Shown here: positions 56,670-64,000 of the stretch, piece after piece | How the letters are laid out: every line of letters starts with the position of its first letter | Numbering within the stretch: position 1 is the stretch's first letter | Origin: Gammaproteobacteria bacterium | GTDB taxonomy: Bacteria > Pseudomonadota > Gammaproteobacteria > Eutrophobiales > Eutrophobiaceae | Assembly: GCA_965200295.1 (NCBI GenBank) | Contig: OZ241347.1 | Location: forward strand, 3,390,093 to 3,454,092 | Reading direction: 5' to 3' | Length of the DNA: 64,000 nt | Notes under the pieces: model-generated | The model's input: the letters and a program-made list of their open reading frames with translations, nothing else | The model's database searches: none | Told to the model about the DNA's origin: nothing | Program-made: the position numbers and the translations under genes

Positions 56670-58919
56670 TCAATCCGGTTGGATGGCTGAGACCTGTCGA
56701 TACCCCCGCGGCAGGACATTGCCGCGCCGGCCGCGCTCGTTATGATAATGGCTCCAGTCCTTCGGTTTCAAGGTCAGGTGGCGTTTGCCGGCTTGCAGGC
56801 GCAGCTTGTCCTTGGGACCGAGTGCGGTGACACCGGTCAGGTACTCGTCCCGGTTTTTCAAGTGTGCCGGCGGGATTTGCATGATCTTCACGCCTTTGCC
56901 CCGCGCCAGTTGCGGGAACCCGGTCAGGTCTGTCACCAGCAGGCGTCCTGCGGAACTGACGGCAGCCACCAGGCCCTGCTGCGGGTCGGGCACCGGCGCC
57001 GGGGGCAGGATCAGCGCCGGGGGCGTCACGTTCAGTGCGCTCTTGCCGGCCTTGTTCTTCACATACAGGTCACCGAGCCGGACGACAAACCCGTAGCCGG
57101 CGTCGGTGGCCAGGAAGTAGCGGGCGTCCGCCTCACCGAGCATCACGCCGACCATGGCGGCGCCGTCCGGTGGCGTTATCCAACTCGATACCGGCTCACC
57201 GTGGCTGCGCGCCGAGGGCAACAGGTGGGACGGTACGGCATAACAACGGCCGGTGGAATCCAGGAACACCGCCAACTGGTTGCTGCGCCCCATGGCGGCC
57301 TGCCGGAAACCGTCGCCGGCCCGGTAATTAAGGGTCTGCGGGTCGATATCATGGCCTTTGGCAGCCCGCACCCAGCCCTTCTCCGACAATATCACCGTCA
57401 CCGGCTCGGTGGGCAGCAGGCGCGCCTCAGCCATGGCCCGGGCCTCTGCGCGCTGTGCCAGCGGCGCGCGGCGGGCATCGCCGTACTGCTCCATATCGGC
57501 CCGAATTTCCTCTTTCACCAGCTTCTTTAAGCGCGCGCTTGCAGCGAGCACCTGTTGCAGCGACGCGCGCTCGCGCTCCAATTCATCCAATTCACCGCGT
57601 ATTTTAATCTCCTCCAGCTTCGCCAAGCGCCGCAGCCGCAGGTCGAGGATGGCTTCGGCCTGGGTCTCGGACAACTCAAAGCGCTCCATCAATTCCTGCC
57701 GGGGATGATCTTCTTCACGAATGATGCGGATTACCTCGTCGATGTTCAGGTACGCCACCATCAGCCCTGCCAACACATGGATGCGCTGTTGCACCTGTTC
57801 CAACCGATGTTGCAAACGCCGCCGCACCGTTTCCGTGCGGTACTGTAACCACTCGCTAAGAATGGTCTTTAAGTCCTTGACCTGGGGTCGCCCGTTGGCG
57901 CCGATCATGTTCAGGTTGACCCGGTAACTGCGTTCCAGGTCGGTGGTGGCAAACAGGTGCGACATCAGTTCGGCAAGGTTGACCCGGTTCGAACGCGGGA
58001 CCAACACCAGCCGGGTGGGGTTTTCATGGTCGGATTCATCGCGCAGGTCTTCCAGCATGGGCAGTTTCTTCGCCTGCATCTGCGCCGCCACCTGTTCCAT
58101 GATGCGGTTGCCAGAGGTCTGGTACGGCAGCGCAGTGACGATTGCGTTGCCGCCCTCCTGCTCCCAGCGCGCCCGCAGTTTCACGGAACCGTTACCGCTG
58201 CGATACAGCGCCAGCAGTTCCGTCGCAGGGGTGATGATCTCGGCCTCGGTGGGAAAGTCCGGCCCCTTGACGTAGTCGAACAACTCCTCCAACGTGGTTG
58301 CGGGCTGCTCCAGCAAACGGATGCAGGCGCCGGCCACCTCGGTCAGGTTGTGCGGCGGAATATCCGTCGCCATGCCCACGGCAATGCCGGTGGCGCCGTT
58401 CAGCAGGATATTGGGCAGGCGCGCCGGCAGCAGCTTCGGCTCCTTCAAGGTGCCGTCGAAATTGGGTATCCAGTCCACGGTGCCCTGCCCCAGTTCCGCC
58501 AGCAAGGTCTGGCTGTAGGGTCGGAGCTTGGCCTCCGTGTAGCGCATCGCTGCAAACGACTTGGGGTCGTCGGTAGAGCCCCAGTTGCCCTGGCCGTCAA
58601 TGATGGGATAGCGGTAACTGAACGCCTGCGCCATGAGCACCATGGCCTCGTAACAGGCGCTGTCCCCATGCGGATGAAACTTGCCGATGACATCGCCCAC
58701 CGTGCGCGCCGACTTCTTGAACTTGGCGGTCGCGCTCAGCCCCAGTTCCGACATGGCATAGATGATGCGCCGCTGCACCGGCTTCAAACCATCGCCGATA
58801 TGCGGCAAGGCCCGATCCAGGATGACGTACATGGAATAGTCCAGATACGCCCGCTCGGTAAACTCGTACAGGGGCTGGGCTTCCCTGTGTTCAAACTCCA
58901 GGCTTAGATTTTCCTGCAT
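56670..58919 (-). CDS. parC: DNA topoisomerase IV subunit A
   Basis: 749 aa; collinear with E. coli ParC including the active-site region (AAMRYTE), and ParC-length rather than GyrA-length. Confidence 0.9.
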   Translation of the reverse strand: MQENLSLEFEHREAQPLYEFTERAYLDYSMYVILDRALPHIGDGLKPVQRRIIYAMSELGLSATAKFKKSARTVGDVIGKFHPHGDSACYEAMVLMAQAFSYRYPIIDGQGNWGSTDDPKSFAAMRYTEAKLRPYSQTLLAELGQGTVDWIPNFDGTLKEPKLLPARLPNILLNGATGIAVGMATDIPPHNLTEVAGACIRLLEQPATTLEELFDYVKGPDFPTEAEIITPATELLALYRSGNGSVKLRARWEQEGGNAIVTALPYQTSGNRIMEQVAAQMQAKKLPMLEDLRDESDHENPTRLVLVPRSNRVNLAELMSHLFATTDLERSYRVNLNMIGANGRPQVKDLKTILSEWLQYRTETVRRRLQHRLEQVQQRIHVLAGLMVAYLNIDEVIRIIREEDHPRQELMERFELSETQAEAILDLRLRRLAKLEEIKIRGELDELERERASLQQVLAASARLKKLVKEEIRADMEQYGDARRAPLAQRAEARAMAEARLLPTEPVTVILSEKGWVRAAKGHDIDPQTLNYRAGDGFRQAAMGRSNQLAVFLDSTGRCYAVPSHLLPSARSHGEPVSSWITPPDGAAMVGVMLGEADARYFLATDAGYGFVVRLGDLYVKNKAGKSALNVTPPALILPPAPVPDPQQGLVAAVSSAGRLLVTDLTGFPQLARGKGVKIMQIPPAHLKNRDEYLTGVTALGPKDKLRLQAGKRHLTLKPKDWSHYHNERGRRGNVLPRGYRQVSAIQPD

Positions 58920-58967
58920 GTTCAGGGTTCATCCACAGCTGACGCAGATGTGTTGCCACTAAGCCAT

Positions 58968-59249
58968 CTACTTACCCAGCCTGGACAGCTTCTTGTCGAT
59001 CTCTTCTGAAATGTACTTGGATTGAGCGGCAAACTGGGCTGCCATGTTCTTATTGGTCGTCTCAATGCTTTGCTCCATTGAGCCCATCCTCTGGTTCATT
59101 GAACCCATTTCTTGCTCGATCCGATCTATTCTATACCCCAGCCCATCGATCTTTTTATACAACGGACTGACAGCTTCCACAATAACATCCCGGAAAGCAT
59201 AAGCCAGCGTTTCCACGCTACCGTTAAGTTTATCGTTAGTCATTTCCAA
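58968..59249 (-). CDS. small coiled-coil hypothetical protein
   Basis: 93-aa ORF next to the IS630 element. No recognisable motif. Confidence 0.3.
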   Translation of the reverse strand: MEMTNDKLNGSVETLAYAFRDVIVEAVSPLYKKIDGLGYRIDRIEQEMGSMNQRMGSMEQSIETTNKNMAAQFAAQSKYISEEIDKKLSRLGK

Positions 59250-59255
59250 TTTCTC

Positions 59256-60338
59256 CTAGTGTGCTGTCCCGGAAATAACTGTGCATAATCTTTCTACTTT
59301 GTTGAGGATGGATTCAGCCGTGGCAGTCCACACGAAAGGCCGGGTGTTGGCGTTGTAGTGATTCACAAACTGCTTGATTTTGCTGATGAGTTGTTTGACT
59401 GAGGAGAAAGACCCTCGCCGGATAGCTTTTTGTGTGATGAGTCCAAACCAGCGTTCCACCTGATTGAGCCATGAGGCATAGGTGGGGGTGTAATGCACAT
59501 GGTACCGGGGCCGTTGTGCCAGCCAGGCTTTGACCTTGGCATGTTTGTGGGTCGCATAATTGTCGATAATCAGGTGCACATCGAGGTCGGCGGGGACGTT
59601 GCGGTCGATATGCCGCAGGAAGGCCAGGAATTCCTGGTGTCGATGGCGTTTGCGACATTGGGTCATGACGCTGCCGGTGGCGACATCGAGGGCGGCAAAC
59701 AAGGTGGTGGTGCCATGGCGGATGTAGTCGTGGGTGACGCCCTCGACATAGCCCAGTCCCAGGGGCAACAACGGTTGCGTGCGTTCTAATGCCTGGATTT
59801 GGCTTTTCTCATCGACACACAGGACTACGGCGTGGTCGGGCGGGTTCAGGTACAGGCCAACGATATCGCGCACTTTCTCGATAAAGAACGGGTCGTTGGA
59901 CAGCTTGAAGGTGCGTTGTCGCTGGGGTTGTATGCCGAACAGGGTGAACCAGCGCTGCACGGTGCTTTTTGAGATGCCGGTCTGCTTGGCCAGGGTGCGC
60001 ACTGTCCAATGGGTGCTGCCGGCCGGTGTCGATTGCAGGGCGGTGTTGATGACCTCGGCCACCCGTTCATCGTCGTGGCGGCGCGGACGCCCGGCGCGTA
60101 GTTCGTCGTGCAAGCCTTCCAGACCGTGTTCGAGGTAGCGTTTGCGCCATTTGGCGACGGTGTTCTTGTTCAAACGCAAGCGTGCGGCGATGGCGCTGCC
60201 GGGTTCGCCTTCGGCGCAGGCCAGCACAATCTGGGCGCGTTGGACCAGGCCGTGGGGCAAGCTGCGTGATTGGGCGAGGCTAAGCAACTGCTTGTTTTCA
60301 TCCTGGTTGAGTACAATGGGGGGCGCAGTACGTGGCAT
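59256..60338 (-). CDS. IS630-family (Tc1/mariner-like) transposase
   Basis: HTH N-terminus and DDE core (VLCVDEKSQIQAL...LIIDNYATHK...WLNQVERWF). Confidence 0.85.
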   Translation of the reverse strand: MPRTAPPIVLNQDENKQLLSLAQSRSLPHGLVQRAQIVLACAEGEPGSAIAARLRLNKNTVAKWRKRYLEHGLEGLHDELRAGRPRRHDDERVAEVINTALQSTPAGSTHWTVRTLAKQTGISKSTVQRWFTLFGIQPQRQRTFKLSNDPFFIEKVRDIVGLYLNPPDHAVVLCVDEKSQIQALERTQPLLPLGLGYVEGVTHDYIRHGTTTLFAALDVATGSVMTQCRKRHRHQEFLAFLRHIDRNVPADLDVHLIIDNYATHKHAKVKAWLAQRPRYHVHYTPTYASWLNQVERWFGLITQKAIRRGSFSSVKQLISKIKQFVNHYNANTRPFVWTATAESILNKVERLCTVISGTAH

Positions 60339-60400
60339 GAGATGTTCTCCGGTGAGTGGGCTCATGCTTATAGTACCATTTATTTATGGGACAGTACACT
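59259..60400. mobile_element. IS630-family insertion sequence with imperfect terminal inverted repeats and TA target duplication
   Basis: Left end tagtgtgctgtcccggaaataa, right end reverse-complement tagtgtactgtcccataaataa. TA at 59257-58 and 60401-02. Confidence 0.7.
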
Positions 60401-60482
60401 AGTTAATATGTTCCAAACAACAGGCGCAATATAGACATGATTTGAGTGCTGGTCAAGGAGAATTTCCGACAGTGAAATAGTG

Positions 60483-60511
60483 TTGACACCCCTGGCAACG
60501 AGTGGTAGCTT
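60483..60511 (+). promoter_or_regulatory. sigma70-like promoter (TTGACA-17-TAGCTT) with a conserved ~75-nt leader, duplicated in inverse orientation at ~46205-46234
   Basis: The promoter and the leader down to the SD are nearly identical upstream of both DUF1640-like paralogs. Confidence 0.4.
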
Positions 60512-60589
60512 GACCCTCAAAGGACGGGAGTGAAAAGGCTTTCCGACCTGGAACGAAACAGATAATAACCATTAACGGAGGTATCCCGA

Positions 60590-61057
60590 ATGAGCAGTAC
60601 CGCCCTGTACAGAGCATTCATCGACGCTGGCGCGTCGGAAGAAAAGGCCACCCTGGCCGCAGAGGATGTTGTTCAAGTGTCCCAGCTACCACAACTGGCA
60701 ACGAAGTCTGACATGTTAGTCCTGGAGGCCAATATGGCAACCAAGGCTGACATTTCAGTCTTGGAGACCAACATGGCAACGAAGGCTGATATTTCAAATA
60801 TGGCCACGAAGGCCGACATTTCAGTTCTGGAGGCCAATATGGCAACCAAGGCTGATATTTCAAATATGGCCACGAAGGCTGATATTTCAGACATGGCAAC
60901 CAAATCAGATATTTCAGACTTGGAAGCCCGTATGGCAACAAAATCTGATATTTCGGTCAACTCGGCAAAACTGGAACTACGGATGATTAAATGGATAGTG
61001 GGCAGCGGTTTGATTTACACCAGTATTATTATCGCCGGTTTCAGTCTGCTCGCATAA
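60590..61057 (+). CDS. DUF1640-like coiled-coil repeat protein with C-terminal membrane anchor (paralog b)
   Basis: 155 aa; N-terminus identical to paralog a, with a different number and arrangement of 9/13-aa repeat units (KADISNMAT / KADISVLEANMAT) and a TM tail. Confidence 0.6.
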   Translation: MSSTALYRAFIDAGASEEKATLAAEDVVQVSQLPQLATKSDMLVLEANMATKADISVLETNMATKADISNMATKADISVLEANMATKADISNMATKADISDMATKSDISDLEARMATKSDISVNSAKLELRMIKWIVGSGLIYTSIIIAGFSLLA

Positions 61058-61155
61058 CCAACCCGGTCGGCACGACAAGCCATAAACCTTGTTGGACCCA
61101 GGGAAAGGGGACGGGTTTTAAGCCGTCCCCGGTTGGGTTTGGGGGTGGGTGATCT

Positions 61156-64000
61156 TTACATTAGTACGAAGTCGCCCACGACTATGGCTGAGTCGAAGAT
61201 GGTAATCGTGCCGCCACCTTCATAGCTAGTTAGATCGATGACGATAATGCCATTTTCTGCCTCCGGTATAGTGACGGAACCAATTAATGCTTCGCCCGCA
61301 TCATTTTTGAAAGCGCTTAGGTCAATCTTATCTCTAGTTGTCTCAAAGTCCATGATGTAATCATCTCCATGACCTGGTTCAAAGACGAACCTATCATCAC
61401 CAGGGCCGCCGTCGAGCCAGTCGTTGCCGGCGCCGCCGTTGAGGGTGTCGTTGTCCTCGCCGCCGTAGATTTCATCGTCGCCGGCGCCGCCGTTGATGGT
61501 GTCCTTGCCGTCTTCTCCATAGAGGGTGTTGGCGCTGCTGGTGCCGTTGATCTCGTTGTTGAAACGGTCGCCGATGCTGCCGCTGATTTTCTTGGTGTAG
61601 AAGATGAAGTTGTCGGGGGTCAGGCCGTGGAAATCGTTATCGGTGTTATTGAATCCAGTCGGGGCGTTCAACCTGAGCTCGCCGCCGTTGGGCAGGTCGA
61701 TCTCAATATCACCTCCCCGGTCGGATATATCATCTTTCAGATCATCCATGGATGCGATAGAATTAAAGGCACTCAGGTCGATCTTGTCCTGGCCGCCAGT
61801 AATCGTAAATTGGTTGATCTCATCATCGCCGTCGCCAGAGGCAAACACGAAGGTATCACTCCCGGCGGCGCCAGTAAGGGTATCATCACCCCTGCCGCCG
61901 GTAATGGCACTACCTCCGCTGGCAGCGGTCAGGGTATCAGCGAAATTGGAACCGATGATATTGACAATGTTCTCTGCCAGTGTGTCTCCTGCGGCATAAC
62001 CACCTGTTTCATTAGCAGTGCCATCCAATGTTACCATGACACCCACATTAGACCTGATATAGGAGACGGTGTCCGACCCGTCGGCACCACCGTCGATATT
62101 ATCGGCGCTCCTGCCGGCGATGAAGGTGTCATCGTAACTTGAGCCTACGTACCGCTCTATATCTTCAAACGTATCACCGGCAGCATCACCCGTGCTGGCG
62201 TTGCCGCCGCTCAGGTCGAGGGTGATGCCGGCTGTGGCATTGGCGTAGGTGGCGATGTCTGCTGTCCCGGCGCCACCTTCCAGCTTATCTCTGCCGGGGC
62301 CGCCTTCCAGGGTATCATTTCCGCCACCGCCCTTGAGGGTGTCGTTGCCGCCCATTCCACGCAGCATGTTGGCTTCACTATTACCGGTCAGTGTGTCGGC
62401 GCCGCAGGAGCCGATGATATTATTAAAACCCGTTGCAATATCGCCGGTTGCATCGCCGCGGCTGACTTTGATGATGGCCAGAGATGCCGATCCGTCTCCA
62501 TTGAACCGAGTCACTTCAGCTGGAGTCAGGACTCGATTAGTGATGTCATTCAAATCCACGGTCACTGCGGAACCGGAGCCTTCATAGGACAAAAAGTCAC
62601 CGGGAGAACCGATAAGCCGGTCGCTTTGAGAGCCGCCCTCCACCTTACTATTGCCGCCGCCGGTGATTACGTCACTCCCACTGCCACCCTTGAGAGTATT
62701 CAGCATAATACCTTCGCTACTTCCGCCCCCCATTATGATGTCGTTGCCACTGCCGCCTTCGATGACGTTGGGTTGGGTATCACCGGTGAGCATGTCGTCG
62801 TAAGAACTACCGATGAGGTTTTCGAAATTAGCGCCTATCATGTCACCTTCTGCATAGGTGCCTCTGTTAGCGGCGACGTCAGCAGGACCCCCCCCCAGTG
62901 TTACTGTGACACCTTTATTTCTAATAATATTATTACCTTCGTCTCGAGCTTGAGGCGAACCCGCGTAAGACAGGGTATCTGTGCCGGCGCCGCCGTCCAG
63001 CGTATCACCGCCAGCCTGGCCGTTGATAACATCATCACCGCTGCCGCCATGTAAGCGGTCGTTACCATTGCCGCCGTTAATCCTGTCGTTACCAGCGCCG
63101 CCCCAGATGTAGTTGACACCCGAGGTGCCAGTGATGCTGTCATTGCCATCGTTGTTGAATCTGAAATTTGCTTCGTTGAGACCCGTGATGGCTGTGCCGA
63201 CATTTATCTCCTGGCTGCTGGAAATTCGGATTACATTCTCATTGGTGACATTGCCATCACCATCGACTTGTGCAGTGATATAAAAACCTCGACCAAAAGC
63301 GCTCAGGTCCAGAATGTCCCCGGTAGCTGTGGGGTCGAAACCTGTAATCGTATCGTCCCCGTCGCCGCGGGAAAATACGAAGGTATCGCGACCGCCGTCG
63401 CCAGTCAGCGTGTCATCGCCGCGGCCGCCTATGAGGGTATCATCCCCTTCACCACCGCTAATCATATCGTTACCACCGCGCCCCTCTATCACGTTAGCGC
63501 TACCATTACCGGTCAATACGTCATGGAAGCCATCGCCCGTACCATTAACTTTCGTCGCATCTGTACTGACATTGGTGCCGATGATATTCTCGAAGCCCAG
63601 CAGGGTATCTCCCGTTTCGTAGGGCTTGTAATTAGCGAGGGGCGGTGTTATGCCTAATGAACCGTTTCCAGTCTGGGTATTGGTGTCAACATCAGTGTTA
63701 GGTATATCCACTACAACCGCAGCTCTGGTAGAGCGCTCATAAGAAATCGTGTCTGTCCCACCGCCGCCGGTGATATAGTCCGGATTAGGCCCGGCGTAAA
63801 AGAAGTCGTCGTGGTTTGAGCCGACAAAGCGCTCGATGTCGATAAAGGTATCGCCCCGGGCATCGCCCTGGCCGCTGCTGTTGCGGATGGTGATGACGCC
63901 GTTGCTTTCCGAAACCGAACTCAAGTCCACAGTGACGCCTGCGGCAGCGTTTGCGTAGGTGACAATATCGAAGCCGTCGTCGGCGGCTTCATCGTCACCG
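61156..64000 (-). CDS. giant RTX-type Ca2+-binding repeat protein, 3' part (gene continues beyond the window end)
   Basis: At least 924 aa of GGxGxDxL repeats. The last ~160 codons are ~95% identical at DNA level to the 3' end of the gene at 35626..40116 on the opposite strand. Confidence 0.8.
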   Translation of the reverse strand, partial: GDDEAADDGFDIVTYANAAAGVTVDLSSVSESNGVITIRNSSGQGDARGDTFIDIERFVGSNHDDFFYAGPNPDYITGGGGTDTISYERSTRAAVVVDIPNTDVDTNTQTGNGSLGITPPLANYKPYETGDTLLGFENIIGTNVSTDATKVNGTGDGFHDVLTGNGSANVIEGRGGNDMISGGEGDDTLIGGRGDDTLTGDGGRDTFVFSRGDGDDTITGFDPTATGDILDLSAFGRGFYITAQVDGDGNVTNENVIRISSSQEINVGTAITGLNEANFRFNNDGNDSITGTSGVNYIWGGAGNDRINGGNGNDRLHGGSGDDVINGQAGGDTLDGGAGTDTLSYAGSPQARDEGNNIIRNKGVTVTLGGGPADVAANRGTYAEGDMIGANFENLIGSSYDDMLTGDTQPNVIEGGSGNDIIMGGGSSEGIMLNTLKGGSGSDVITGGGNSKVEGGSQSDRLIGSPGDFLSYEGSGSAVTVDLNDITNRVLTPAEVTRFNGDGSASLAIIKVSRGDATGDIATGFNNIIGSCGADTLTGNSEANMLRGMGGNDTLKGGGGNDTLEGGPGRDKLEGGAGTADIATYANATAGITLDLSGGNASTGDAAGDTFEDIERYVGSSYDDTFIAGRSADNIDGGADGSDTVSYIRSNVGVMVTLDGTANETGGYAAGDTLAENIVNIIGSNFADTLTAASGGSAITGGRGDDTLTGAAGSDTFVFASGDGDDEINQFTITGGQDKIDLSAFNSIASMDDLKDDISDRGGDIEIDLPNGGELRLNAPTGFNNTDNDFHGLTPDNFIFYTKKISGSIGDRFNNEINGTSSANTLYGEDGKDTINGGAGDDEIYGGEDNDTLNGGAGNDWLDGGPGDDRFVFEPGHGDDYIMDFETTRDKIDLSAFKNDAGEALIGSVTIPEAENGIIVIDLTSYEGGGTITIFDSAIVVGDFVLM

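Noticed and set aside
1-64000. tRNA, rRNA and other structured RNA genes
   Set aside because: No cloverleaf-compatible or rRNA-like segments were recognised by eye. A tRNAscan/Infernal run is needed for certainty, so absence is not proven.

Overview
This is a GC-rich chromosomal window with Gammaproteobacteria-like synteny: clpS-clpA, hfq-miaA-mutL-amiB-tsaE-nnr, lolC/E/D, tsaB, gcvH, asnS, yoaA, efp and parC. Several accessory segments are spliced into that backbone. The most notable is 40.1-61.1 kb, which is bracketed by two convergent giant RTX-repeat genes whose 3' ends are ~95% identical and by inverted DUF1640-like repeat-protein paralogs that share a promoter and leader. Inside that bracket I see (i) a NYN/small-ORF/HEPN operon, partly duplicated and split by an IS5 element; (ii) a higB2/higA2-like toxin-antitoxin pair; (iii) an AT-rich islet between yoaA and efp carrying a translationally coupled COG1373 AAA+ ATPase and a ~1,337-aa NACHT-type STAND NTPase with a C-terminal nuclease-like tail, which is my best candidate for an undescribed defence system; and (iv) an IS630 element. 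Other features: a 24-G homopolymer in the 5' end of a secreted-protein gene that leaves the RBS-linked ATG out of frame; a perfect 19-bp palindrome in the adjacent divergent promoter region; a multi-hairpin MITE/REP-like repeat family with at least 12 intergenic copies; a duplicated DUF1244 + sigma54 response-regulator module whose first copy is a deletion-disrupted pseudogene lacking its kinase; and a giant RTX gene whose repeat-coding frame runs from the tsaB stop codon without a canonical start. I found no rRNA, tRNA or CRISPR array by eye. All calls rest on ORF translations and motif recognition only; no searches were run.
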